Of a stretch of DNA of 64,000 nt, positions 1 through 9,333 are shown in pieces. This DNA comes from Deltaproteobacteria bacterium (GTDB taxonomy: Bacteria > Myxococcota > Kuafuiibacteriia > Kuafuiibacteriales > Kuafuiibacteriaceae): positions 160,001 to 224,000 of the forward strand of contig JAVJQW010000067.1 of the NCBI GenBank assembly GCA_040218735.1, in the 5' to 3' direction. The notes beneath the pieces are model-generated. The model was not told the origin of the DNA. It was given only the letters and a program-made list of their open reading frames with translations, and searched no databases. Position numbers and translations under genes: made by a program. Numbering within the stretch: the stretch's first letter is position 1; the number at the start of each line of letters is the position of its first letter.

Positions 1-147
1 CAGCGTGTGTTCCGCGCCGTGTACGAGGACCCGGGCGTGCCGCACGCGGTCGTCGCGGAGCAGCTCGGGCTGTCCGTTCAGCGCGTGAGGCAGATCTTGT
101 GTGAAGTGCGACGTCGCGTCCGGGACGCGCTGGAGGAGGCGAAATGA
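1..147 (+). CDS. 3' end of a probable RNA polymerase sigma-70/ECF factor (region 4 HTH), truncated by the window edge
   Basis: Frame 1 reads QRVFRAVYEDPGVPHAVVAEQLGLSVQRVRQILCEVRRRVRDALEEAK*, a sigma region-4-like HTH pattern. Its TGA (145-147) overlaps the ATG (144) of a gene starting with an anti-sigma-type zinc finger. Confidence 0.6.
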   Translation, partial: QRVFRAVYEDPGVPHAVVAEQLGLSVQRVRQILCEVRRRVRDALEEAK

Positions 148-1994
148 GCGCCGACACCCACCACCCGTCCAACGGACACCCCTCGGACGAGCACCCTTCC
201 AACGAGCAGATCGCGCTGTTCGTGATGCGCGCGTTCGATCAGGTCACGTTCGATGACATCGAGTCGCACCTCGACGGCTGCGACGCGTGCGCCGATCGAC
301 TCGCCGCCGAGGCGCAGCTCGAGCTCGAGATGCAGGCCCTCGCGAGCACGACGCAGTGGTGCCCGCGGTGCGGCGTGGCCTCCGTCGCGACGTGCCTCAG
401 GTGTGGCATCGCCCTGAAGCCGGGAGGCTACGAGGTCGAGGCCGTCCTCAGCGAGTACGGCCAGGGCCGCACCTACCGCGGACGCGCCCCCGACGGTTCG
501 CGCGTTCGCATCAGCGAGCTCGAGTTCTCCCACGTGCGCGACCACGGCGTCATCGAGTCGTTCGTGAAGGACGCGACCCTCCTCGCGCAGCTGGACCACC
601 CGAACATCCCGAAGCTCGTCGACAGCTTCCAGGAGGGCGACGACGAGCACCTCCGACTGTACGCCGTGGAGGCGTGGGTCGAGGGTGAGCCGCTCGACGA
701 GGTGCTCGACAACCACCGCTTCGACGAAACCGAGGCTCGCCACATCGCCGAGCAGGTCCTCGACGTCCTCGTCTACCTGCAGGGCCTGTCGCCGGCGATC
801 TTCCACCGGGACGTCCGCCCCCAGAACCTGCTGTTCGCGGAGGGCGGCACGGTGTACCTGCGCCAGTTCGCGAACGCGCGCGACATGAGCGTCACCGGCG
901 CGTTCACCCTCGCGGGCCACACCGGTTACATCCCCGCGGAGCAACACCTCGGCGTGGTCGACGCGACGAGTGACCTCTACGGCCTCGGCGCCACCCTCGC
1001 GCACGTCCTCACACGGCGCGCGCCGCTCCCCGGCGATCCGGGGCTGGAGCGCGCGAACGTCTCCCCCGAGCTCGAGGCCTGGCTGAAGCGCCTCATGGCG
1101 ATGCGGCCCGAGGCGCGCTTCCCGTCGGCGGTCGCGGCGCGCGACGCCTTGTTCGAGCCTGCACCCCCGAAGCGACGACGCGTCACCGCGTTGTCCGTGG
1201 CCACGGCGATGATCCTCGCCGCCGCCGCCGCGTTGGCGGTCGCCGGCGTGACCTTCCTGACGTCCCCCACCGTTCCGCCTCCACCGCCGAAGCCGGCGGT
1301 GCCGAAGACCGGCGTGTTGCACTTGGAGTCGAACCCGAGCGGCGCGCGGATCTTCGTGGACGGCGTCCCGATGGGGACCACCACGACGCCCGCCGACCTC
1401 TCCGAGCTCACGTTCGGGCGCACCTACGCCATCCGTCTCGAGCTCGACGGGCACGCGCCGTACACCACCGCCAAGACGATGGACGAATCCCTGGACGGGG
1501 ACATCGTGCACCACACCTTCGTCGCGCTCGCCCCGCCCGAGGACACGCGCACGCCGCCGCGTCCCACCAAGACCCGTTCACGCCCGAAGCGCCCCCCGCC
1601 TCCCGCGGCGCCCGCACCGCCGGCGACGAACAGTCCGCCCGGCACCACGGGCGAGCCGCCGGTCGACGAGGTCGAAGCGCTGCGGTCCCGTCCGTTCGGC
1701 GACTACTCCGATCGTCCGTCGACGAAGCCCCCCATCCGCGACATCCCGGACGGACCGCCGGGGTGTCAGGTCGACCGGGACCGACCGCCGGGTTACGTCA
1801 CGCTCGCGACCAAGCCCTACGCGGAGGTCTTCTGGGGCAAGCGGCGCCTCGGACAGACGCCGCTCGCGCGCGTCCAGCTCCCGTCGGGCTGCATCGAGCT
1901 TCGCGCGATTGCGATCGACGGTTCGAAGCGACGCACGGTGCGCGTCGAAGTTCGACCGAGTGAAGTCGCGATCTATCGCTTCGCTCTCGAGTGA
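144..1994 (+). CDS. Membrane Ser/Thr kinase-like protein (probable pseudokinase) with N-terminal zf-HC2/ZAS finger, TM helix and PEGA domain(s)
   Basis: HLDGCDAC (HxxxCxxC) and a CPRC..CLRC ribbon. Kinase motifs LDHPNIPKL, HRDVRPQN, GHTGYIPAEQ, SDLYGLG. Hydrophobic TM segment, then PEGA-like LHLESNPSGARIFVDG and a Pro-rich linker. Confidence 0.85.
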   Translation: MSADTHHPSNGHPSDEHPSNEQIALFVMRAFDQVTFDDIESHLDGCDACADRLAAEAQLELEMQALASTTQWCPRCGVASVATCLRCGIALKPGGYEVEAVLSEYGQGRTYRGRAPDGSRVRISELEFSHVRDHGVIESFVKDATLLAQLDHPNIPKLVDSFQEGDDEHLRLYAVEAWVEGEPLDEVLDNHRFDETEARHIAEQVLDVLVYLQGLSPAIFHRDVRPQNLLFAEGGTVYLRQFANARDMSVTGAFTLAGHTGYIPAEQHLGVVDATSDLYGLGATLAHVLTRRAPLPGDPGLERANVSPELEAWLKRLMAMRPEARFPSAVAARDALFEPAPPKRRRVTALSVATAMILAAAAALAVAGVTFLTSPTVPPPPPKPAVPKTGVLHLESNPSGARIFVDGVPMGTTTTPADLSELTFGRTYAIRLELDGHAPYTTAKTMDESLDGDIVHHTFVALAPPEDTRTPPRPTKTRSRPKRPPPPAAPAPPATNSPPGTTGEPPVDEVEALRSRPFGDYSDRPSTKPPIRDIPDGPPGCQVDRDRPPGYVTLATKPYAEVFWGKRRLGQTPLARVQLPSGCIELRAIAIDGSKRRTVRVEVRPSEVAIYRFALE

Positions 1995-1997
1995 AGC

Positions 1998-2471
1998 TCA
2001 GCGCGCGGCCGCGTCGACCTCGACGGTGATCGCGTACTCGGCGATCGCGTCGGAGAAGACTTCGATCAGGTGGTCCCCCTCGAGGAAGACCTGCTTCGAC
2101 TGCTCGAAGACCTGATCGTTCCCCGCCGCGAGGAAGATGTCCGATCCCTCCGACAGGTACTGGTAGGTGTCGAAGCACCCGGGCTCGTGCCAGAGGATCT
2201 CGGTGTCGACGCCGGTCGCAACCTGGGTTGCAAAGAAGATCCGCACCGTGATGACGGCCTCCTCCGGCGCCGGCACGATGAACTGACGTGACCCGGGGAA
2301 GCGGCCCTCCAGGTACTTGTTGCTCCCCATGACACACCCGGCGGTGGTCTGGCAGATCGGGAAGGTGCCGTCGCAGCGGTCCTCGTCCAGACCGAGCGTG
2401 AAGTTGTCCTCGGCGCCGAGACCACACCCCGCGAGGAGCGACAACAGCACGACGGATGGGGCTCGCTTCAT
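1998..2471 (-). CDS. Hypothetical lipoprotein
   Basis: MKRAPSVVLLSLLAGC lipobox. ATG at 2471 overlaps the stop of the upstream minus-strand gene. Confidence 0.7.
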   Translation of the reverse strand: MKRAPSVVLLSLLAGCGLGAEDNFTLGLDEDRCDGTFPICQTTAGCVMGSNKYLEGRFPGSRQFIVPAPEEAVITVRIFFATQVATGVDTEILWHEPGCFDTYQYLSEGSDIFLAAGNDQVFEQSKQVFLEGDHLIEVFSDAIAEYAITVEVDAAAR

Positions 2472-3364
2472 TCGAACACTCCGTTCGCCAGATCCGTGGA
2501 CCACTCGGAGGCCGTACGCAAGACCGCGCGGGTCATCCCGTCGACCTCCTGGCCGACGGAGCGCACGCGGCTCAGCAGGAAGCCGTACTTCTCGGTGTTC
2601 GACGACAGCAGGAATGTCGTGGCCGCCGCCGGGACGTCGAAGCAGCCGTCGTCGACCACCTGGCAGATGACCTGGCCGCCGGACTCCACGCCGCCCATCG
2701 TCTGCTCGGGGTTGATGCGAATGACGATCGCGTCGCCGTTACCGGCGTTCCAGCGCACGCGCATCCCGGCGCGGTCGACCGTCCCCGTCCCGTCGGAGAC
2801 GGGTGATTCCACGACCACCGGCGCCGCGGGCGCGATCGACGCCGCAAAGCCCGGGAGCGCGCCGCTGGAGCTCACGGTCGCGGACACCTCGGTCGCGCCG
2901 GCGAGGAGCCCCGCGCCGACGTCGAGGTACAGCCCGGGCGTCGCGACGGCGTTGACTTCGATGTCGCCGCGCGCGGTGCCACCGACCACCAGGCGGTCGA
3001 TCGTCACGCCGGTCGGCGTCGCGTTCGTCGGTCGCGACACGATGCCGATGCATCGCTCGCCCAGCTCGAGCGCCTGGGCGGGGGTGCTAGTCCCCACCCC
3101 TTGCAGATCCGAGAACGATCCGGTGATTCGCCCGACGGTCGCTTCGGTGCGCGCGCCGGCGCTGTCCTCCGCGAACGTTCGGGTGTCGACCACGCTGATC
3201 GATGCCGTGAAGCGCGCGCCGGCCGTCGTGGGGCCGTCTTCCGGGGCTTCGAGCTCCATGCAAACGGGGTCGTCGGGGTCGGTCGGATCCTCCCCCGAAC
3301 ACGCGAACAGGAGCAGCCCCGTCAGCCCGAGCACGTGGACGCCACACCTACCCTTTATTCTCAC
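2468..3364 (-). CDS. Hypothetical lipoprotein
   Basis: Hydrophobic signal ending LLFAC-SG, followed by a beta-rich globular region. The true start may be slightly downstream. Confidence 0.7.
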   Translation of the reverse strand: MRIKGRCGVHVLGLTGLLLFACSGEDPTDPDDPVCMELEAPEDGPTTAGARFTASISVVDTRTFAEDSAGARTEATVGRITGSFSDLQGVGTSTPAQALELGERCIGIVSRPTNATPTGVTIDRLVVGGTARGDIEVNAVATPGLYLDVGAGLLAGATEVSATVSSSGALPGFAASIAPAAPVVVESPVSDGTGTVDRAGMRVRWNAGNGDAIVIRINPEQTMGGVESGGQVICQVVDDGCFDVPAAATTFLLSSNTEKYGFLLSRVRSVGQEVDGMTRAVLRTASEWSTDLANGVFE

Positions 3365-3387
3365 AGCGCTGATGATAGCCTTCGCCC

Positions 3388-4038
3388 GTGGGCATCAAAA
3401 GAGCCTGGGTCGTGGGGGTGGTCGCGCTGTCGTTCTGCAGCTGCCGATCCGCCCCTAGCCTACGCGTCGACGCGGACGTCCTCGACAAGATCACCATCGA
3501 GAACAAGCTCCTGCTGTTCGACGCGGAGAACGAGCTCAACATCGCGATCGATTCACGCGACCAGGTCGTGGACGAGATCGCGCAGATCAAAGACGACATC
3601 CGACGCGCCAGGAAGAAGCAGCAGGTCGCGGAGCGCGACTCCGAGGTCTTCGCGGACAAGGGAGACAACGAACGCGCCAAGTTTGCGGCGCTGCGGGCCG
3701 TCACCGAGGACTCGCGCATCGAGTACCTGGAGGCCTACCTCGCCTGGTCGCGCGAGCGCTTGGTGAAGGAGCGCGCGCGCCTGATCGTCGCCAAGGCCCA
3801 GTTCGAGCTCGCGAAGGCGCGCCTCGTGAAGAAGAACAACGTACCGGGTGCGTCGGACATCGAGCTCGCGGACTTCGAGGCCCAGGTCGAGGAGTACAAG
3901 GAAGACGTGAACGACACGGACGAGGACATCGCGGTCGCCGAGGCCGAGATGGCCACCAAGGAGGAGGCGTGGGTCGCCAAGTCGGAGCAGCTGGCGGCGG
4001 CGACCGGTGGCGCCCTCGGATCGCGATGGCTCGACTGA
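3388..4038 (+). CDS. Coiled-coil lipoprotein, function unknown
   Basis: Signal peptide VVGVVALSFCSC, then a long heptad-like E/K/A-rich helix. Overlaps the start of the TPR gene. Confidence 0.7.
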   Translation: MGIKRAWVVGVVALSFCSCRSAPSLRVDADVLDKITIENKLLLFDAENELNIAIDSRDQVVDEIAQIKDDIRRARKKQQVAERDSEVFADKGDNERAKFAALRAVTEDSRIEYLEAYLAWSRERLVKERARLIVAKAQFELAKARLVKKNNVPGASDIELADFEAQVEEYKEDVNDTDEDIAVAEAEMATKEEAWVAKSEQLAAATGGALGSRWLD

Positions 4039-6047
4039 CCGAGATTCGCGCGTTCCTCGCGGCCGTCACGCTCGGGGGGGCCCTGCTCGCCTTCGGCGCG
4101 CCGGTGTCGGCGCAGGAGCCGGACGACGCGCCGGACACCACCCTCGCGATCGACACGGAGAGCCACAAGGAGCAGTACGACCAGGCGGCGCTCAAAGAGG
4201 AGCGCACCAAGCTCAACGCGAAGCTGACCGAGACGCCGGACGATCCGGCGGCGAAGAAGCGGCTCGCGGCGGTGCTGTTCCACCTCGGGGAGACGGACCA
4301 GGCGCTGTCGATGCTCGCGCGGATCGTGTCGTCGAACCCGAAGGACGCCGACTCGCTCTACATGCTCGGCGCGGCGTACGAGCTGCGCGGCGAGCTGGAC
4401 CGCGCGATCTCCACGTACGAGTCCGCGGCCGAGCTCGCGCCCGACAACGCGCTGCTGATGCTCGACCTCGGCCTCGCGTACCGCAAACGCGGCGACCTCG
4501 ACCTCGCGGTCGAGCAGTACACGAAGGCCCACGCACAAGCGCCGGACCTCGCCGTGGCGCTCTTCAACCGCGGCGAAGCCTACGAGCGCCTCGACCGCCG
4601 CGAGGACGCGCTGCGGGACTACCGGGAGGCCGCGAAGATTGACGAGACCTACGCGCGTCCCCACGTCGCGCTCGGGAAGATCTACGCGGACCTCGGGCTC
4701 ATGGACCAGGCGATGCGGAGCCTCGCGCACGCGCTGCGGATCGATCCGCTCGAGCCGGACGCCCACTACGACCTCGGCGTGTTGTACTTCCGCCAGCGTC
4801 GTTACCGCGACGCGGTCGTGGAGTACGAGCTCGCGATCGAGGCCCGCCCGAAGTACGCGAAGGCGCATAACAACCTGGGCGTCGCGTTGGACCGCATCGG
4901 TGAGCGCGAGCGCGCGATCGACGCGTTCAAGCGCGCGACCGAGCTGCGACCGAAGTACGTCGACGCCGCGTTCAACCTCGGGCTCGGTTACTTCCGGCTC
5001 GGTCGCCTCAAGGAGGCGGGCGAGCAGTTCGAGCGCGTGCTCAAGATGAAGCCGGACCTCCCCGAGGCGCAGTTCCACCTCGGCGAGGTCTACTACCAGC
5101 GCGGCCGCTCCCGGAAGGCGCTGCAGCTGTACAAGAAGGCGCTCTACACCCGCCCGCAAGATGGGTTGACGTACCGGCGCATGGCGCGCGCGTACCTCGA
5201 TCAGGGCGAGCCGAAGAAGGCGATCGAGTACCTGGAGAAGCTCGTCGAGCTGACGCCGGACGACGCCACCGCACACGAGCAGCTCGGCCTGGCCTACGCC
5301 GTCCTCGACACCCGCGACGACCTCGCGCGCGCCGCCGAGGAGCTGGAGCAAGCGCGCACCCTGGATCCGGAGTCGGCGCAGATCCTCGTGAGCCTCGCGA
5401 AGGTGCAGTACCAGCAGAAGAAGGGGGATCAGGCGGAGGCGACGTTGAAGGCGGCACTCGAGCTCGACCCCGGGCACCGCACCGCGACGTTGGCGCTCGC
5501 CGACATCTACGAGGCGCTCAAGGACGACGCCAACGCGAAGAAGATCCTCGAACAGGCGCTGGAGCGACGCCCCACGTTCGCGGAGGCCCACTACCGCATC
5601 GCGCTCATCGCGCGCCGCGCGGGCAACACCGAGGAGGAGCGCGCGCACTACAAGAAGGCGCTCGTGCTCAACCCCGCGCACGCGAAGGCGCGCGCGGAGC
5701 TCGGTGCTTCGTACTACGAGGCGAAGGAGTACGAGGAAGCGGGCCAGATGCTTGCGCGTGCGATCGAGAGCGACCCGTCGTTGCCGCGCGCGCACGCGTA
5801 CCTCGCGGCCGCGTACGCCGCACTGGGCCGCGACGCGGACGCGCTCGAGTCGGCGCGGCGCGCGGTGCAGCTCGACGCGAAGAACGCGGGTGCGTTCAAG
5901 GTGCTCGGCGGCATCGAGAAGCGGCTCGGCAACCTCCCTGAAGCGAAGTCGGCCTACGAGAAGGCGTTGGCGCTCGACCCCAAGAACAGCGACTTGGCGT
6001 TCAAGATCAGTGACATCGAGAAGCTGATCGCCGAGAAGTCGCCCTGA
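4026..6047 (+). CDS. Secreted/periplasmic tetratricopeptide-repeat protein
   Basis: Signal peptide (…FGAPVSA-QE) followed by many TPR units (AHNNLGVAL, AAFNLGLGY, AQFHLGEVY, ALALDPKN). ATG at 4026 chosen as start. Confidence 0.9.
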   Translation: MARLTEIRAFLAAVTLGGALLAFGAPVSAQEPDDAPDTTLAIDTESHKEQYDQAALKEERTKLNAKLTETPDDPAAKKRLAAVLFHLGETDQALSMLARIVSSNPKDADSLYMLGAAYELRGELDRAISTYESAAELAPDNALLMLDLGLAYRKRGDLDLAVEQYTKAHAQAPDLAVALFNRGEAYERLDRREDALRDYREAAKIDETYARPHVALGKIYADLGLMDQAMRSLAHALRIDPLEPDAHYDLGVLYFRQRRYRDAVVEYELAIEARPKYAKAHNNLGVALDRIGERERAIDAFKRATELRPKYVDAAFNLGLGYFRLGRLKEAGEQFERVLKMKPDLPEAQFHLGEVYYQRGRSRKALQLYKKALYTRPQDGLTYRRMARAYLDQGEPKKAIEYLEKLVELTPDDATAHEQLGLAYAVLDTRDDLARAAEELEQARTLDPESAQILVSLAKVQYQQKKGDQAEATLKAALELDPGHRTATLALADIYEALKDDANAKKILEQALERRPTFAEAHYRIALIARRAGNTEEERAHYKKALVLNPAHAKARAELGASYYEAKEYEEAGQMLARAIESDPSLPRAHAYLAAAYAALGRDADALESARRAVQLDAKNAGAFKVLGGIEKRLGNLPEAKSAYEKALALDPKNSDLAFKISDIEKLIAEKSP

Positions 6048-6060
6048 CCTCTCCCCCGAG

Positions 6061-6993
6061 ATGATGCGTCGGCAGTTGTTCTTCTTGGCGGTGTGGGCGA
6101 CGGCCTGCGACCCCGGTGGCTTCAAGGTCACGCCGAGCGGCTCCGACTTCACGCTGCGCTCCGTGTACGTCAGCTCCGACGCATCCGCGCTGATCGCCGG
6201 TCAGTTCGGTGCGGTGTTCGACTGGGACGGTGAGACGTTCGTGGACACGTCGACCGACGCGGACCCCGGGCCGCGCGTCCCGAGCTTCTTCGCCGCGGCG
6301 CGCGTAACGGGGCGGAGCTTCATCGCCGGCGACGACGGGACGATGCTGGTCCGCGTCGGCGCGGGTGAGTTCGTCCTCGATGACTTCGACGGCAACAGCC
6401 GCGTGCTGACGATGCTCGCCCCGACGCCGAGTGTCCTCTACGCCGGGAGCGAGAATGGCCGCCTGTACCGTCGCGTCGCCGCCGACGGTGAGCGCTGGGG
6501 GCGCGTCGATCTCCCCGTCCCGGGCGGCACGAAGATCACCGGGGGTTGGGCGATCCGCGAAGACGACATGGTGCTCACGACCGACGCAGGGCTCGTGTTG
6601 GACCGCGTCGACGGAGACTGGGTCGCGCAGACGGTCGCGACCGAGACGTCCACGACCCCCCTCCCCCTGTTTGGCGTGTGGTCCTCGACGGTCGGCGCCG
6701 ATCTGTTTGCGGTGGGGCTCGGGGGCGCGATCTACCGGCGCTCGCCGCCGGACTTCGAGTGGGTCTCCGAAGTGTCGCCGACGACGCAGGACCTCTACGG
6801 GATCTACGGTCTCGCGGCCGACGAGATCTTCGCCGTCGGTGCAAACGGAACGCTGCTGGAATACGACGGCGCGTCCTGGCGCGCGATACCGTCCGGCACG
6901 TCCGAGGATCTCTACGCAGTTCACGCGCATGCGGGATCGCGGTGGGTCGTGGCGGTGGGCTCGAGCGGCATCGTCGTCAGTCGGCGGGATTAG
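6061..6993 (+). CDS. Lipoprotein with WD40/YVTN/BNR-like beta-propeller repeats
   Basis: Lipobox WATAC. Repeats DLFAVGLGGAIY, DLYGIYG, EIFAVGANGTLLEYDGASW. Confidence 0.8.
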   Translation: MMRRQLFFLAVWATACDPGGFKVTPSGSDFTLRSVYVSSDASALIAGQFGAVFDWDGETFVDTSTDADPGPRVPSFFAAARVTGRSFIAGDDGTMLVRVGAGEFVLDDFDGNSRVLTMLAPTPSVLYAGSENGRLYRRVAADGERWGRVDLPVPGGTKITGGWAIREDDMVLTTDAGLVLDRVDGDWVAQTVATETSTTPLPLFGVWSSTVGADLFAVGLGGAIYRRSPPDFEWVSEVSPTTQDLYGIYGLAADEIFAVGANGTLLEYDGASWRAIPSGTSEDLYAVHAHAGSRWVVAVGSSGIVVSRRD

Positions 6994-7026
6994 ACACGAC
7001 CCCGAGGGCCGGCGTATGCAGTCGGC

Positions 7027-7722
7027 ATGAAACGCCTGCTCCCCCTGGCGCTCTGCAGCGCCGCACTGTTCACGGCGGACGTCAGCTCTGCCCAACCCGA
7101 GGTCCCGTCCAAGGCCGACCGCGCAAAGGTCAAGGGCAAGATGAAGGGCTTCGAGGCGGAGCTGAGGAAGGCCGAGCGTCAGGTCCTCGAAGAGGACATG
7201 AAGGCGCAAAAGCGCGCGCGTGCCGAGGACGCCAAGAACGCCGCCAAGAAACCCAAGACGGACAAGATGCTGAAGAAGGCCAAGGCCGAGATGTCGAAGG
7301 GGATGGCAAAAGGAAAGGCGAAGGCGCGTGCCGACAACGCCGGTCCCAAGACGGACGAAGAGCGGGAGGCGCGCCGTGCGCAGATCCTCGCGACGGCGAA
7401 GGCACGGAAGGGCACGCGTGACGCGCGCAAGAAGGAGCTGAGGCAGCGCGGCAAGGCGCGCCTCGCCGGCGTAAAGGGCGACGCCAAGGCGAAGGCGGCC
7501 CAGGAGCTGCGTCACCACGCACGCCGCGTCGCGCGGCTGGAGCGCATCGCCGTGCTCGCCGCCGAGGCGAAGGACGAGAAGGCCGCGGATCGCGTGGTCG
7601 CACTGATGACCAAGGAGAACCAACGCCACCAGGCGAAGATGGCGCGTCTCACCGAGGCGCCCGCTGCGGCGGACGCGACGGAAGAAGCCGACGAGGCCAC
7701 CGAAGAGGAGACGAAGGAATGA
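7027..7722 (+). CDS. Secreted Lys/Ala/Glu-rich helical protein
   Basis: Signal peptide MKRLLPLALCSAALF…SSA-Q, followed by a charged helical composition. Confidence 0.7.
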   Translation: MKRLLPLALCSAALFTADVSSAQPEVPSKADRAKVKGKMKGFEAELRKAERQVLEEDMKAQKRARAEDAKNAAKKPKTDKMLKKAKAEMSKGMAKGKAKARADNAGPKTDEEREARRAQILATAKARKGTRDARKKELRQRGKARLAGVKGDAKAKAAQELRHHARRVARLERIAVLAAEAKDEKAADRVVALMTKENQRHQAKMARLTEAPAAADATEEADEATEEETKE

Positions 7723-7970
7723 ACCGCTGGATCGTCATGGGCCTGATGGCCGCGGGCCTGCTCGCGTGTGAATCGAAGCCGAAGGAGGCGCCCGCGCCGA
7801 AGGCCGCCGAGGCCGCCGCACCGGTGATGGAGAAGAAGGCCGCCGACGCGCCCGAGGTGGAGGTCGCGACGTCCGTCGACTTCGAGGCCGAGGCGGAGCA
7901 GGAGATCACCGCGGACAACTACACCGCGCAGCTCGACGCGATCGCGGCGGAGATCGAGAGCGAGAACTGA
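7719..7970 (+). CDS. Small lipoprotein
   Basis: LLAC lipobox. ATGA overlap with the previous gene. Confidence 0.75.
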   Translation: MNRWIVMGLMAAGLLACESKPKEAPAPKAAEAAAPVMEKKAADAPEVEVATSVDFEAEAEQEITADNYTAQLDAIAAEIESEN

Positions 7971-8126
7971 GGTGCCGCGAGCGTGGGTCCAGCGCCTCAC
8001 GACGACGAAGTCGCGTAGCGCGCGTGTGATCCGTTGATGCTCGTCTCTGCAACGTAGCCTGCGGCGTCTGACTTTGTTGGCCGGGCGCCCTACCGGCGCG
8101 CCCGCGGTCCGTCTACCGTTTCGTCG

Positions 8127-9290
8127 ATGGACGAGATCACGGACTATCCGCGGCTCGCGAGTTTCTGCGACGGCGCGAACCCAGCGGGGATGAGCCGCGA
8201 GCAGATCTACGAAAACTGCGTAGATCTCTGGCAGGCGTTCTACCCGACGACCTCGATCCTGGTCGGACTCGGAATCCTCGCCGCCGTCTCACTGATCTAC
8301 ATGATCATCTTCCGCGTCGCGCGCGGCGACGCGACGGGGACGACGGTCGCGACGTGCTTCGAAGTCATCTTCTACGTCCCGGGCGCGGCCTACGCCGGAG
8401 CGTCGGGTGGGTTGTTGCTCGCCCAGCTCCTCCATCCCTTCGCGGCGGCCAGCCTCATCTTCCTCGCCGTCGCGGTCGCGCTGTTCATCATGGTGAAGGG
8501 TTTGATCGACGCCGCCTCGTCTTCGACCAGCGTCGGCGGCGGGTGGATCTTCCTCGGTATCGTGGAGATCGTCCTGGTCGCCGGAGCCCTGGCGGTCACG
8601 GCGGCCTTCGCGGCGGCGGTGAACGAGACCAACGCGGCCGCTGAGTACGAAACGTACTACCAGTGGATGTATTACACGTTCGGGGGCATCGCGGCGATCC
8701 ACGCGCTGTACATCACGAGTTACCGTTCGTTCCACGCCGGCATCGCGTGGCTACTCATCCCGCTGGGCGCGACTTGGGGGCTCATCGGGACACTCCTCGG
8801 GACGTTCCACCACATCGCTTCGAGCCGCTTCAAACCGAACCACGGACAGCCGGCCCATGGGTTGCGCAGCCTCTATACGAAGTACACCAGTGGGTTCAAT
8901 CTCAAGGGTTCGTTCGGCTTCACGCTGGGTTCGACGATGTTTCCCGGCGGCGTCGAAAAACACGAATCGATTCACGTCCTGCAGCACTTCGTGTTCGGGC
9001 CGAGCTTCGAGCTGACCTACATGCTGTGGGCGATCGTGTTCTTCATCCCCGCGCTGATCGCCTCCCCCATCGTTGGGTACGACGTCGGCAAGGGCATCGA
9101 GGCCTACTGCTACTACAACAACCCCTGGGAGACGATGGCCTACGCCGTCGACGGCGCCGGGAAACCGGTCTCGCGCAAGAAGATGATCTTCAACGATCAC
9201 CTGCGTTGGGCATTGGCGGTCATCTGGTGGCAAGCCGGTGCCATCGGGTTGGTCATCTTCGCACTGTTCCGCGCGAAAGCGTTCGGCTGA
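8127..9290 (+). CDS. Polytopic membrane protein with a HExxH zinc-metalloprotease-like motif
   Basis: Multiple hydrophobic helices. KHESIHVLQH followed by YYNNPWETMAY (HExxH…E arrangement). Confidence 0.7.
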   Translation: MDEITDYPRLASFCDGANPAGMSREQIYENCVDLWQAFYPTTSILVGLGILAAVSLIYMIIFRVARGDATGTTVATCFEVIFYVPGAAYAGASGGLLLAQLLHPFAAASLIFLAVAVALFIMVKGLIDAASSSTSVGGGWIFLGIVEIVLVAGALAVTAAFAAAVNETNAAAEYETYYQWMYYTFGGIAAIHALYITSYRSFHAGIAWLLIPLGATWGLIGTLLGTFHHIASSRFKPNHGQPAHGLRSLYTKYTSGFNLKGSFGFTLGSTMFPGGVEKHESIHVLQHFVFGPSFELTYMLWAIVFFIPALIASPIVGYDVGKGIEAYCYYNNPWETMAYAVDGAGKPVSRKKMIFNDHLRWALAVIWWQAGAIGLVIFALFRAKAFG

Positions 9291-9333
9291 GCCCGTTGCG
9301 AGGGGTTTCGGCAGCGGGTAGAACGAGCGCGAA

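Noticed and set aside
3735-6152. 805-aa minus-strand ORF and similar long antisense ORFs (78..1514, 18790..20883, 23920..25965, 30889..32799, 39027..41024, 53463..55868, 60121..62118)
   Set aside because: Shadow frames opposite well-supported genes, which is typical of high-GC codon bias.
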